From positions 672,001 to 736,000 of the forward strand of contig CAWETI010000002.1 in the NCBI GenBank assembly GCA_963812015.1: 64,000 nucleotides of DNA. Direction: 5' to 3'. This DNA comes from an uncultured delta proteobacterium (GTDB lineage: Bacteria > Desulfobacterota > Desulfobaccia > Desulfobaccales > 0-14-0-80-60-11). This document shows positions 30,863 to 42,172 of this stretch, in pieces. The notes below the pieces were generated by a model, which made no database searches, was not told where the DNA came from, and was given only the letters and a program-made list of their open reading frames with translations. The position numbers were made by a program, and so were the translations under genes. Positions within the stretch are counted from its first letter, which is position 1; the number at the start of each line of letters is the position of its first letter.

Positions 30863-33800
30863 CTAGTCCTCAGAATTTTTCTTTTCGGGGGTGATCAAGA
30901 TTTCGGAAATCTGTTTTAGTTCATTGAGAAAATCCTCCTTGGTACCTGCGTTTTCTCCGCCTCCAGGCTTTTCCTGTCCACTGAGTTCCTTTTCAATCAA
31001 CTCCAGGTGCTGCTTTGTCACATACACAAGATCGTGCTGAGCTTCCTTGAGAGAAGAGGGATCAAAGCACAAAATATCAATATTCGAAGGATTGGCGATA
31101 ACTTTAGCTGCCTTCCCCACACTGATGCTCCAGTCTTCTCGGTTCTTCATCAAACGATTTGATTCCCAAAGGTTGTCAAAAGGTAGGTCGGGGTAGCTTA
31201 AGTTCTCTTTTTGAATCTCAATCAGTTCAACAATTTCTGCGACGCAAGTTCTTAATTCTTTTTTCAAATCATTATCTACAAAACCACATGCGATCAGAAA
31301 TTCCTTGAGCATGGCAAGGGAATCTGAGATCGCTTTTATTTCTCCTTCTAAACCTTTATGGAATTCAGCATACGCACCTAATTTTGCGACAGAACCAAAC
31401 CGCACCTGCCAAAAATTCTCGTTAATTTCTTTAAGAGGCAGGTCGATAGCCAGTTTTTCTTCAAATTTCTCAAGAGCTTCTATAATCGGTAATGGATCAA
31501 TAAAATCCTTTGGCGTAGCAGTCCCCTGGCCCACCCCTAGTTCACTAATGAGAAATTCTTTGGAGTTTTTCCATTTTGTTTCAATATCTCTAATAAACCG
31601 GTTCATCGAATCGGTGAGGTTTTGGGGTCGGTTCGCATCCTCCCAGATTGGAGTGAATACCTCAGATATGCGCTTTTGCGGCTCTTTTTTTGGCAAGGGA
31701 GAACGTGTTCTGAAGATTGCTGCCAGTGCCAGCAATTGGGAAGCAGCCCTCACCCCATCTTGAGTGAGCGAAGGAGGATCGGGCTCTAAACTTTTGATGA
31801 TCCTTTGTTGATTTTTCCTTAGCCAGCAAGAAACTCGCCTTTTATGGAGTTCACCATTTTTAAAATTCCATGACCCTTTACCCTCGCGCTCATAACGCAC
31901 CAATGCTTCCAAGAGTTGACGTGTTTCTTCATCACGAGGAAAGTTTAAGAAATAGAGTTGGCCCGCTGGGTGGGCAGGTTGACCATCTATATGGATAGGT
32001 CTAGTTCCTCTGGTCATGTCACTTGCAAACTTAATCGGAACATCCCGATGGTCTTGCCAGCGCATCGATTTGCCGACCATTTTCGACAGATAACCCCGAA
32101 ACGTCGCATGGGAACCAAGGTCTTGTCCGCGTTTCCAATCATCGAGAATTGTCAGCAGGTTTTTCAGTTCTGGATCTTCGGAAAGAGGTTGAGTTCGTCT
32201 CAAATCAACTGATTGCCGTTTTTTCGGCTTCTGATCTACAACTCTGACTTTTTCTGAGAAATCAGGTAAAGACAAAGGTCGAAGGTAGTTAGATAAGCGA
32301 GTTAAGGCCTCATCTGCTGAACTCGCATCGAACCAGAACTCAGCAAGAAAACGCGCTCGATCCTGATGTCCTGATGTCCACGCATCCCCTCCCAAGTACT
32401 TATTTTCGATCTCTGTCCAATAAGTAAGTACCGCTCTTTTAAATCCAAAATTCCTCTGGTCCGGAAAGACATTTCTATCAAACAGATCGTACGATTGAAC
32501 CAATGCAACATTTAGCACGTAATCCAATAGTCCGCGTGGTGAGGAGCGGAGGTGTTCTCGCAACAGAGATTTGAGCATTTTATGAGGCGCAGTCAGTGAG
32601 AAGGGAAACAATCCGATCGTTACATCGTGCTCAAGTTGCACAGATCCAAAAGTTTTATGGCAGTCGTCCTTTTGAGGACATTTATCACATTTACTTCTCG
32701 GAACGTCTGAATCGAACCGGTCCGAGGCCAAGTTTTCGATTTCCTCATCATCACAACGAACGGCATTCAAATAACGGGCAGCAAATTTTGCAACTTCATT
32801 CTGATCGTTTGCCCATTGACTTGCATTTTCGTCTACATCAAACTCAAAACTTACCCGGTCTTGTTCATTCTGCGGTAACACTGTCCAACCTTCGTTACTC
32901 ATGCCGAGCAATGCGATCATTCGGCAGAGATTTTCCCCCCCATGGGGTTCAAAAGCTCGAAATAGATCCAGATCTAAACCCCCTGAGGCGGCTGTAACGT
33001 CTTCAATAAAAACGGCCAATTGTTTGCCTTGAGAATAGAGTTCACGACGTATTGACCTGAAGATTTCACTGAGTTTAGTTCCTTTAATTCCGGTTAACTC
33101 GCGCTGTGCCTCAATAAGTGCAAGATTTAATACCTTGACTGTATCCTCAGAAGTATCATTGTCATACTCTAAATCTTGAACAAACTCATGGACTTGAGGG
33201 GCATCTTCCTTTCTATTAAGATACTCGGGTCCAGGAATTAACTCGGCAGCAGTAAAGACAATATCTTTTAGACGATCTTCCTGTGTACTACTCTCAGTCA
33301 AGCGAGCGATTTTTTGAGCTATAACACCTTCATTTCGCCCTAACCATCGCCTATAACCCGGAGATAACAGAACGTCACCTAAAGGTTTGAGACTTCCTTT
33401 GAGTGGCTTATTGCCGCGTTGCTCCCATTTATTATTAATCTCCAGCGCAAGTTCCTGGATTAGTGCTTCGCGAGCCGTCTTAGCTGAAAATCTATCTACC
33501 GAACTCTTTATGTCTTCAATATACTTGCCGAATTCTGTCCCCAACTGATCTACAATCTGTTTTAATGCCGCTTTGAGACTTCCGACCTCTCGTTGAACCA
33601 TTACCATCTTGAATTGGTTTAACCCCAGTTCTTTAATCCTCGAAGCGTATTCTGCACGGAGATTAATCCAACGTATCAAATGTGATTTGCCTGTACCGAC
33701 ATTTCCCCGCACAACTCCCCTGATTTCCCCCTTTAGAGAAAAGAGCTTCTGAAAAGCTTGTTCCTCGGTAATTAGTGCGTCGGCTTTAGCATCTTTAATA

Positions 33801-33931
33801 TTTCTTATTGGTGAGTGAACTGCCAGGAAGAAGGGGACCTTTTCTTGGGTAACCTGGGCGACAGTGTTAATGCATTTTTCGGCCTGGTCTTTTGCCCAGC
33901 AAGGTTGGCCAAATTGTTCAGGATAACCCAT
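30863..33931 (-). CDS. dpdH: P-loop ATPase DpdH
   Basis: FLAVH.P, GNVGTGKSHLIRW, VFIED and LFPF. Confidence 0.88.
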   Translation of the reverse strand: MGYPEQFGQPCWAKDQAEKCINTVAQVTQEKVPFFLAVHSPIRNIKDAKADALITEEQAFQKLFSLKGEIRGVVRGNVGTGKSHLIRWINLRAEYASRIKELGLNQFKMVMVQREVGSLKAALKQIVDQLGTEFGKYIEDIKSSVDRFSAKTAREALIQELALEINNKWEQRGNKPLKGSLKPLGDVLLSPGYRRWLGRNEGVIAQKIARLTESSTQEDRLKDIVFTAAELIPGPEYLNRKEDAPQVHEFVQDLEYDNDTSEDTVKVLNLALIEAQRELTGIKGTKLSEIFRSIRRELYSQGKQLAVFIEDVTAASGGLDLDLFRAFEPHGGENLCRMIALLGMSNEGWTVLPQNEQDRVSFEFDVDENASQWANDQNEVAKFAARYLNAVRCDDEEIENLASDRFDSDVPRSKCDKCPQKDDCHKTFGSVQLEHDVTIGLFPFSLTAPHKMLKSLLREHLRSSPRGLLDYVLNVALVQSYDLFDRNVFPDQRNFGFKRAVLTYWTEIENKYLGGDAWTSGHQDRARFLAEFWFDASSADEALTRLSNYLRPLSLPDFSEKVRVVDQKPKKRQSVDLRRTQPLSEDPELKNLLTILDDWKRGQDLGSHATFRGYLSKMVGKSMRWQDHRDVPIKFASDMTRGTRPIHIDGQPAHPAGQLYFLNFPRDEETRQLLEALVRYEREGKGSWNFKNGELHKRRVSCWLRKNQQRIIKSLEPDPPSLTQDGVRAASQLLALAAIFRTRSPLPKKEPQKRISEVFTPIWEDANRPQNLTDSMNRFIRDIETKWKNSKEFLISELGVGQGTATPKDFIDPLPIIEALEKFEEKLAIDLPLKEINENFWQVRFGSVAKLGAYAEFHKGLEGEIKAISDSLAMLKEFLIACGFVDNDLKKELRTCVAEIVELIEIQKENLSYPDLPFDNLWESNRLMKNREDWSISVGKAAKVIANPSNIDILCFDPSSLKEAQHDLVYVTKQHLELIEKELSGQEKPGGGENAGTKEDFLNELKQISEILITPEKKNSED

Positions 33932-33935
33932 AATA

Positions 33936-34790
33936 TTATCCTAAATACTCGATAAGAGTTATGCGATCTGCCTTGATGGTGTCATCCCGAGGTGGTTGAA
34001 CCAGTTCGATGTTCCAGCCGCGACTATCTATAGGGCATTCAAGCCGGATGATTTTGTCCTCGTGTAGTTCCACCAGACAATGGCTTAGGCCCAAGGTACA
34101 CTGTTTATCTTCTGTCTTGTAGTTTTTGTATTTGTTGGCTTGTAGAAATATTTCACCACCATCCAATTCAGGACATACTTGCGCCAACCGAACCATGAAC
34201 TGATCTCCAAGAAGTTTCACTTTGTCACCAAAAATCGAAGGCAAAGCACGGTAAAGCCGTCCATAGGGATTAGCCTGAAACTGGTCATTAGGATCATACC
34301 AGCCCAAGCCTAAATAGCTAAGCCATCGATCTAAACCAGTGTGCTTATCACGATTAAAAGGGTTAGTCTGAGGTTCGTTATTAAAGACATCTTGGTTGAA
34401 GCGGCTAGCCCATTCTTCCCTACTAAAGTTAGAACGATCATACACTTCTTTATCCAAACCAAGGTAGTACGCATAAAACAGGGCTAAATAAGGTTCTATT
34501 TGGAGACTGGATAAAACCGCCTGGTCAACCGCCCTTAGGATGTTTTCTTTCGCTGGTTTCTTCTTCTCATATTCATTGCTTAGCTTAATGGAACTTTGCT
34601 TCTCTTCAACCAGACCAATTTGTAGTGCTGCACGTATCGTATCCTTTGCCGTACCCTGACTACCTCCCGACAAAGGGCTTGGTTGTAACAACTCATAACT
34701 ATCTTCTCGCTTTAATCCGTTTGAGTATTTATTTAATACGTCAAGCAATACCTCAAGTCTTACTGGCGTTGCTGGCCCATCGGTAAACAC
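33936..34790 (-). CDS. dpdG: DpdG
   Basis: FN..K, W..YLGLG and PELDGG; position between dpdF and dpdH. Confidence 0.8.
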   Translation of the reverse strand: MFTDGPATPVRLEVLLDVLNKYSNGLKREDSYELLQPSPLSGGSQGTAKDTIRAALQIGLVEEKQSSIKLSNEYEKKKPAKENILRAVDQAVLSSLQIEPYLALFYAYYLGLDKEVYDRSNFSREEWASRFNQDVFNNEPQTNPFNRDKHTGLDRWLSYLGLGWYDPNDQFQANPYGRLYRALPSIFGDKVKLLGDQFMVRLAQVCPELDGGEIFLQANKYKNYKTEDKQCTLGLSHCLVELHEDKIIRLECPIDSRGWNIELVQPPRDDTIKADRITLIEYLG

Positions 34791-34809
34791 AGTTTAAGTA
34801 CTCCCTTTT

Positions 34810-37245
34810 CTATGTTAATTGGTCCAACCAAGCCTCCACTGATGACCATGAATCGCAACAATACTTGATTTTAATGTGACGACCGCTGGGTTCATATGGA
34901 TTCTGGATGCCACAAAACAGATGTTTGGAATTACAGAAACATGCCTTTTCCAACATGGCTTCTGAGTATGAACCAATATGCAAAAAGAGAATCGCGTGAT
35001 CGCCACAAGGTCTTAGGACAGCATCATTGGTAAATGGGTCTAATCGGTAAGGTTCACGATAATGGCATAGAACTCCTTCTAATAACTTTAGAATCTCATC
35101 AAATTGTTTTTCAGGGCAATAAAGATGTAACGGTTTAAGACTGTGTTTGCGTAGGCAGTCCTCAATCCTATCGATGAAATCGTCTTTTGTGGACGATTGA
35201 GTTGGATCTGGCCAACCTTCAATAATCGTTCCTTTGCATTTGTTGAAAACAATTCCACTTTCAGGGACAAGTAATGGCGGGCATGATTCGACTTCCCGGT
35301 TATTTTCTCGGCAATATTTGCATCCCCCGCACACCCTTTGCTCTGACGGGACTTCATACAGTGCTCGTAAGGTACGACTGATGCAGTGTTTTGGGTCAAG
35401 AATTTCCTTAAGTTTAATAAAGCCAACATTAAAGTAATTTAATTCCTGTTGCCGATTCGCACGAATCAGTTCGCCAAGCTTGGGAGTGCCTGGAGGGAAT
35501 TTGACTTTCACTGTGGCCCATTCCTCTTTATCGTCTATAAGGTCTTCAGGTGATTCGAGTTCGAGGTTTAGAAATTCAATGAGTTTTGCTCGAAACAATT
35601 GTAACAAGAGAGACTTGTTCCATATGATATTTTGTGAGTAAGTTCGATCTCCCTTTAACTCTAACCTTTTGACTGAAACTGGTAATTTGAAGATATACTC
35701 CTCACCTTGAACTGACCTGCGATTGGAATACATTGATTCCCAGCGTTGTTGGATCTTCTCCTCATCTTTCAACATTTTTGTACCAAGATACTCTGCAGTC
35801 TGTCGATCTTCTTCTGTTGGCATCAACAAACAAACCGAACTATAGCCATCGCGACCGCTGCGTCCGGTTTCTTGGTAATATCGGTCCAAATTTTCTGGGT
35901 AGCAAGAATGAATCACTGCTCTAACATCAGCCTTGTCGACCCCAACTCCAAAGGCTGAGGTGGCCACCATTAGATCGATCTGGTTACCTTTCCATTGCTC
36001 CAAAAGGGCCTTACGTTCGTGGCGCTTTGTCTCGCCGGTAAAACAGCCAATCCGCATGAAACCTTCTTCATGCTTTAATTTATCATGCATTCTTTTTGCG
36101 TCATCCGGCTTTGTCATGTACAGGATCGCCGGACGAGGCAACCTCCAGACCGCTTCGCGCAGGCAAGGCCACCTCTCGTCACCATCATGGAACCGAAAAC
36201 CATAATAGCTCATCTCGGGACGTAGTCGCTGGCAAACAAATTCTTGGGAATGATATTGTTCAGAAAACATGTCGCTCAAGGTTTTTCGACACTGGGGTGA
36301 CATAGTTGCTGAAAATAGAAATGTGCGTATTCTATTTCCGCTGATTTCTATCCATTTGCGACGAATAGCTGCAAGTATTTGAAACTCAACCCGAAACTGA
36401 GCCCCCCAGGTTTCAATCAGGTGTGCTTCATCGATAACCAAGTTCTGAAGCCAACCTTCTCGAGCAAATTGATTCAAAACTGGTCTCATATATCCAGAAA
36501 CAGAGGTTTCTGGAGAAAGGAAAACCAATCGCGATTCTTTACTTTTAATTTTCGCCACGGTGACTTCGGGATTATCGTCAGAAGCAAAGAAGCAAGGATT
36601 CACTCCCGGAAAATTCTTAAGTCTATCCGCAGCACTCTGCTGTTGGTCAATCGCTAAAGCCACAGTGGGCACCACTACCACAGTTAATCCCGGCGTAAAA
36701 ACTGGTAGGAGCCAGAAGCATGCACTTTTTCCGCACCCGGTCGGTAAAACCACCGTACAAGTTGATCCCTCGTGAGAATTCAGGACAAACCAAACTGCTT
36801 CTTTTTGGGCCGGGGAGAGCCATTTCTCAAAAGCAAGGCTCTGTCGCAAGTAAGGTTCCCCAGCAAAGCTTTCATCAATAATCCGCTTTTGCGGTGGGCA
36901 ATCTAATATGACTGACTTCTCTCGTAGCCAGATTGGAGCATAGGGTTCTGCCGATAAATATCCGCCTGGGGTCCATTTCACCCCGGCATTTTTAAGCCAC
37001 TGATCCATTTGCTTGGGTTGATGCAAGGGACGATCTACTCGAACTTCGTCCATACCAGACCAACGTATGGCTTGCCGTAAAAGCACAATTTGATCCGGGC
37101 CGAAATCTCCAACTGAGCATCGCGCCAAGCCAAAACGATTGACCGAATAATCAATATTAGGGAAACAAGAAAGTTGATCAGGCAATGCCTCCACCCGGGG
37201 TTGCCTGATATAGACTTTTAACTTTTGTATAGCGTCAGAAACCAA
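34810..37245 (-). CDS. dpdF: RecQ-like helicase DpdF
   Basis: LPTGCGKS, DEAH...WG..FR, SAT, ATSAFGVGVDK and QETGRSGRDG. Confidence 0.9.
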   Translation of the reverse strand: MVSDAIQKLKVYIRQPRVEALPDQLSCFPNIDYSVNRFGLARCSVGDFGPDQIVLLRQAIRWSGMDEVRVDRPLHQPKQMDQWLKNAGVKWTPGGYLSAEPYAPIWLREKSVILDCPPQKRIIDESFAGEPYLRQSLAFEKWLSPAQKEAVWFVLNSHEGSTCTVVLPTGCGKSACFWLLPVFTPGLTVVVVPTVALAIDQQQSAADRLKNFPGVNPCFFASDDNPEVTVAKIKSKESRLVFLSPETSVSGYMRPVLNQFAREGWLQNLVIDEAHLIETWGAQFRVEFQILAAIRRKWIEISGNRIRTFLFSATMSPQCRKTLSDMFSEQYHSQEFVCQRLRPEMSYYGFRFHDGDERWPCLREAVWRLPRPAILYMTKPDDAKRMHDKLKHEEGFMRIGCFTGETKRHERKALLEQWKGNQIDLMVATSAFGVGVDKADVRAVIHSCYPENLDRYYQETGRSGRDGYSSVCLLMPTEEDRQTAEYLGTKMLKDEEKIQQRWESMYSNRRSVQGEEYIFKLPVSVKRLELKGDRTYSQNIIWNKSLLLQLFRAKLIEFLNLELESPEDLIDDKEEWATVKVKFPPGTPKLGELIRANRQQELNYFNVGFIKLKEILDPKHCISRTLRALYEVPSEQRVCGGCKYCRENNREVESCPPLLVPESGIVFNKCKGTIIEGWPDPTQSSTKDDFIDRIEDCLRKHSLKPLHLYCPEKQFDEILKLLEGVLCHYREPYRLDPFTNDAVLRPCGDHAILFLHIGSYSEAMLEKACFCNSKHLFCGIQNPYEPSGRHIKIKYCCDSWSSVEAWLDQLT

Positions 37246-40200
37246 GAATTCCCCCGTTTATGGATAGAAACCCAGCGATATCTAATTCCAGATCCCAGTA
37301 GCCCAAGGCCTCCTTAAGTTGACATAAATCTTGTGCTTGATCCTCCCAACCATCGGGTTTGGCGAACTGGAGCTTTCTAATTTGCTCGTCTATACACTTA
37401 AGCTGCTCTTCAATTTTAGGAGTCAATATCTGATTATAGCGCTGATATACATGCTTCCGGGCCGTTTTTTCAATTATTCTGAGCAGTTCGTCCCAATTGG
37501 AATAGTGATCGGATAATAAGGCAGCCTTTTCATGGGTAAGATTTTTCCAAATCTTTCCTTTGTTTTGCTTATCAAAAGACCTTCGCAGCCTTAGTAAATC
37601 ACCGGGGGGCTCTTTCACGTTGCCATTTTCATGAACAAAGCAGTGTTCAATGCGTTCGGCAAATAAATAATCCAAGATATTTTGATATGCCGAAGTCTGA
37701 TCGGTAAATTGGCTGCTCGGTTTTACTCGATATGAAAATTCAAAGCCCCGCCACGCCGGTTGATCTGCTATGCATTCAACAGCATAAGTTCGCCCACTGG
37801 AGTCATCAGATAGAGAATGGCATATTGAATCAAAGAAATCATTTCCTATACTGAAAAACTCCAAGTCAGGGCGATTCTGCGCAATCTCACGACGAAACGT
37901 TCCTGTTCTTACTTTTTTATTGTCAAGCAAATTTAATTGAACTTGGCGCACATCTTCTGGATAAAACTCGATAACGCCTTCGAGGTAGTCAGCTTGCCTT
38001 GGGAACTGAATACTATTTTTGTCCGATATCATTTTAAAGTATTGGCAGAATCTAATTTCAAGATCTCGATCTAGCTCCTTATTAGATTGTACCCTACGAA
38101 ATTGTTCGGCCCTGGTTCGCTCATAGGAGGCTTCATCCATTTGGCTTTGGGACTCATCCCGCGCCCTTTCTTCTGTCATTCGCTCTTTGATATTTTTCGG
38201 CATGTCCCATAGGACCTGATCATCGTCGCTGAGGAGGTTTTGGGCAACGTCTAATTCGACATCTCTGAGAGCAAACTCAAGACCGCTTATTGATTGGCTG
38301 AAAACCCCTAATCCTTCAGATAAGCACTTTACCCAAGCCTCTTCTTTGCTGCCCTTTGCAATGACCAAACTAGACACCACCTCGGGCCGTTTCCGACCTA
38401 ACCGGTCTAGTCGCCCAATTCGTTGTTCGATTTTGGCAACTTGCCATGGTAGATCATAATGAATGAGTTCGGCGGCAAATTGAAAATTGCGACCCTCTCC
38501 TCCAGTTTCGTCACAAATTAATAACCAAGCTTGTTGATCAATCCTAAACCTTCTAACTTCTTGCTCCTTGAGATTGCGCTCGCGGATAGGGTCTTTATTC
38601 AGGCCGAAATAAAAACGAGCGATCGATTTTTGTCCAAAGTACTTAACTAATTGTTCGTCTAAAATGGAAGCCAATTTTGGATAGCCAGCGAAAATAATGA
38701 ACTTATCTTTAGGTTGAGTACGGTGCTTCTCTTCTATCATTGAGAATATTCTCTGAAGTCGAAGATTTTCAACTTCCCCCTGTCTTTCCCATGCCTCAAC
38801 GGAGCGAATTGCTTCCAGTAGAAGGTCTGGATTAAGCACTTCCCTGGCACTGCTCCAGCAATACTTCATTTGATTGTTCCATTCCGAATAGGATACTAGA
38901 TCGTGAAGTTCCCCATATTTCTCTTCTGACGCTCCAGTTAAGGTTTGCTCGCTGATTTTGAGGGTCTGCAATAATGTTTTAGGATGAACTGCTGCATGAA
39001 ACAACTCTTTGGTTAAGGGTAACAATATCTTTTCCGGCAATTTGGTCTGACGTAAGGACTGTAAAAATCTCTCTAGACTCACCACTGCATCTAACTCATA
39101 TTGATCGGGATTATAAAACAGTGTGTTTTGGACTCTTTTCAAGCGTTCAATTTGTTCGGATTCAATAAGCTTTTCCCTTCGGTTTCGAAGAATGCGGCGA
39201 TTGATACGATAGTAATCTGATATGTGATGGAGAACTTGATGAACTGTTTCAGCAAAAATTTCGCTTTTTGGATCAAGCTTAGCAATGGCCGTATTAAGGA
39301 ATTGATCATCATGCAATACAGGCAACTCGATTAGCGTTGCAAGTTGTTTAATGACTCTGTCAGGTTCCGAACCGCCCTCATGCAGTTCGGTCAACCGACG
39401 GTTAACCACACCGATTCTGCCTCCAATTTCTCTTTGACGCTCAAATAACATACTGAAGTGTTCGCGCGCTTGTACATCATTATGCCTATATTTCTTGGGT
39501 TCAAGTAGTGCGAGCAGATCATAATATTCATGGTCGCGATGTTGCGCTGGCAACGCGCTGAGTAATAATAGACCACGATCTTGCAGGGAAAGTTTCTTTG
39601 CCAGCTCATACAATGGTTTCACTCGCAGCAGGTTATGAACCTCATCGATCACTATTAGATCCCATTGCTTGTCCATCAATGCCTTCCGATGAATTAGCGC
39701 AGCATAAAAAGACAGGATAACTTGGACTGCTTGGCCCATCATAACCGTATTGATGCCACTTAGTTCAGGTAAGCGAAAGATGACTCCGCTAAACTTTGAG
39801 TACATCTCAGTGAACCACTGCTGCACCAGTGATCCGGGACAAATAATCAAGATGTTAGCCCGAGGGTTGCGCGCCAGGAGGTCATGGATGACAATTCCGG
39901 CTTCGATGGTCTTTCCCAGTCCCACTTCGTCGGCCAATAGATATCGCTGTTTGCTATCAAGAATAACAGTTCCTGCGACGTATGCTTGGTGGGGGTAAAG
40001 ATCGATACGGCTTGATAAGAGGCTTTTTACACCAACACACCGGCGAAGCAATGCATTGTATGTCTGGGCAAGAACTTCCCTCGTTTTGAAGATAGGATAT
40101 CCTTCTTGCTGGAGGGTGGCCAAAACCTCCAAGGGATCGCGAGGTTTTACCAATTTGATTGGGCTAAGTACTGTTTCGGGCAATTCGTCTTCCAGGCCGT

Positions 40201-40744
40201 TTTCAAATTCCACCCGATAGATATGTGGTGCGTGACCCTGACTCGGTTTTCGCTCTTGAATGATGCAGTTACCATTCTTTGTCTCGCAAGTGGTTCCAAT
40301 GGGAATATGGCTTCGGTGGAGGTAATTAGGGTTCAACTGCTTTTGTGATGGTGGAAAAAAGAAGTTTACAACTGCTACCCTACCTTCGAGATTCAATAAT
40401 CGCCCGAGGCCTAGACCTGAGTGTTTTACAATGCAACCGATCACTCCAGTTCCTTCTACCCGTGTCGATTTTGAGCGCTCTGTTGGACTTTCCTCCCCGC
40501 CTGAACCTTTCCGGACAGGATCGGTAAACTTCTCAATGGCATCAAACACTTCGGGGGAAATAATTGCATGCAGATCGTCGGCCAAACTAAAGACATGTAG
40601 GTTAACTGCACCCTGAAAGCATCTTAGATTCGGGTTGTAGGTCATAACTTGCATGACCCTTTGCTTCGCTTCGACAGGAATTGGCCCAATTAGATCCAAT
40701 GATTTGCAATTGCGGTTGAATTTCAATATGAGAGACAAGTTCAT
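37235..40744 (-). CDS. dpdE: SNF2/RapA-like helicase DpdE
   Basis: LYPHQ, LADEVGLGKT, DEVH, GEGRNFQ and EQRIGRLDR. Confidence 0.9.
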   Translation of the reverse strand: MNLSLILKFNRNCKSLDLIGPIPVEAKQRVMQVMTYNPNLRCFQGAVNLHVFSLADDLHAIISPEVFDAIEKFTDPVRKGSGGEESPTERSKSTRVEGTGVIGCIVKHSGLGLGRLLNLEGRVAVVNFFFPPSQKQLNPNYLHRSHIPIGTTCETKNGNCIIQERKPSQGHAPHIYRVEFENGLEDELPETVLSPIKLVKPRDPLEVLATLQQEGYPIFKTREVLAQTYNALLRRCVGVKSLLSSRIDLYPHQAYVAGTVILDSKQRYLLADEVGLGKTIEAGIVIHDLLARNPRANILIICPGSLVQQWFTEMYSKFSGVIFRLPELSGINTVMMGQAVQVILSFYAALIHRKALMDKQWDLIVIDEVHNLLRVKPLYELAKKLSLQDRGLLLLSALPAQHRDHEYYDLLALLEPKKYRHNDVQAREHFSMLFERQREIGGRIGVVNRRLTELHEGGSEPDRVIKQLATLIELPVLHDDQFLNTAIAKLDPKSEIFAETVHQVLHHISDYYRINRRILRNRREKLIESEQIERLKRVQNTLFYNPDQYELDAVVSLERFLQSLRQTKLPEKILLPLTKELFHAAVHPKTLLQTLKISEQTLTGASEEKYGELHDLVSYSEWNNQMKYCWSSAREVLNPDLLLEAIRSVEAWERQGEVENLRLQRIFSMIEEKHRTQPKDKFIIFAGYPKLASILDEQLVKYFGQKSIARFYFGLNKDPIRERNLKEQEVRRFRIDQQAWLLICDETGGEGRNFQFAAELIHYDLPWQVAKIEQRIGRLDRLGRKRPEVVSSLVIAKGSKEEAWVKCLSEGLGVFSQSISGLEFALRDVELDVAQNLLSDDDQVLWDMPKNIKERMTEERARDESQSQMDEASYERTRAEQFRRVQSNKELDRDLEIRFCQYFKMISDKNSIQFPRQADYLEGVIEFYPEDVRQVQLNLLDNKKVRTGTFRREIAQNRPDLEFFSIGNDFFDSICHSLSDDSSGRTYAVECIADQPAWRGFEFSYRVKPSSQFTDQTSAYQNILDYLFAERIEHCFVHENGNVKEPPGDLLRLRRSFDKQNKGKIWKNLTHEKAALLSDHYSNWDELLRIIEKTARKHVYQRYNQILTPKIEEQLKCIDEQIRKLQFAKPDGWEDQAQDLCQLKEALGYWDLELDIAGFLSINGGILGF

Positions 40745-41290
40745 TCCACCTTCACAGTTCACATTCTGCGAACAACTTAAGACCCTATCCCCTGATGGTC
40801 GGATCCCTTAAGGTCTTTATATGATATCTAAGGCAGCATGGTTGACAGTCTCACTGTCGATCGATCCTCCAAAGATTCCAGCGACAGTTTGCTGGTCCAG
40901 TTCGACTTATAAAGCCCGACTACCTAAAGTCGTAGACCGTCGATAGGGACCGATAGGCCACTCACGTCCATGCCAGCACGAAATAGATGCTTCTCATGTG
41001 CGCCTTTGCTGACAGTGATCAGAAACTCTCGGGCCTCCCAGGGTCATCTTTTTATAGATTTGTTAATGATTACGATCCTCCAATGATGATTCGAATAATA
41101 TAAGGCTATCCCTGAATTTAATCTAGAATTTCATTAAAATGGGGTAAGGGAACTGACCATATCCTTGGTGCTTCGATAGATGAGAAAAATCTGCGAGCCT
41201 TTCCCCTAATCAAGGTTGTTTTCTTAGAATAACTTTAGACGGGGGACCCTTAGTTTCCATTCAAACAAGACCACAACCAGGGTTAAAAGT

Positions 41291-41566
41291 TCAGAGGTCG
41301 ACCCGTTCCCGCAGTTCCTTCCCGACTTTGAAGAAGGGCAATTTCTTGCCTTCTACCTTGATGAGATCTCCGGTCTTGGGGTTTCGGCCTTTGTAGCCTT
41401 TGTAGCCTTTTACTTTGAAACTGCCAAAACCTCGAATTTCGATGCGCTCCTCATGTGCCAAGGCATCCGCGATATTCTCAAACAAGGCGTTGATGACCAT
41501 TTCAGCCTTTTTCAAAGTGATATTTTCAGCTTTGGCCAGGGCCTCGATGAGTTGGGACTTATTCAT
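41291..41566 (-). CDS. HU/IHF-beta family DNA-binding protein
   Basis: MNKSQLI, IEIRGFGSF and GRNPKTG; GGAG RBS. Confidence 0.95.
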   Translation of the reverse strand: MNKSQLIEALAKAENITLKKAEMVINALFENIADALAHEERIEIRGFGSFKVKGYKGYKGRNPKTGDLIKVEGKKLPFFKVGKELRERVDL

Positions 41567-42172
41567 GCCGCTATTCTCCTTGCCTGGTGTGGCCTGAGCC
41601 TGAGGGGCTTGACAGCGAAGGCACCCTTCACCCGTAATATCATTCATTTATACCTATATTCCCAAACGCACCTCATAGTCAACAAATCTCGGCGTGAGGG
41701 CAACCCAACGACCAAATGGTGGGGCGTTACCGGAAAGGATAGGGATCGGTCAGGGTTCGGGGATTGGGATATATATGAGGTTATGTCACGAAGAAGAGGA
41801 AATGGTTAAGACTCTTGGGGGAGTTTGGCCTCTGAAATTAATGGCCGGGACAATTTTTAATGGGGGCACTTGCCGGGGACGGTGAAATGGGCGAAAAACA
41901 ATTAACTTTAAGCTCCGAAGGATAAGCGCAGATAAACAAGGATAAGATAGAGGTTATCTTACTGAAATTAAAGTGTTTTTCAGATAATTTATGTTTTGGG
42001 ATGGGGATGTGGAGAAAATGCCGAAAAAGTATGAATGGTACGGGCGGGAGGAGGAAAAAAGTCAGAGGTTTATTGGTTGGTAAATACGAACTTATTTAAT
42101 ATAAAAGACAAATCAGGTTTATAAATTTTCAGCAGTAACTTTTATGGTAAAATTCTTCGACATTATAGGCTC

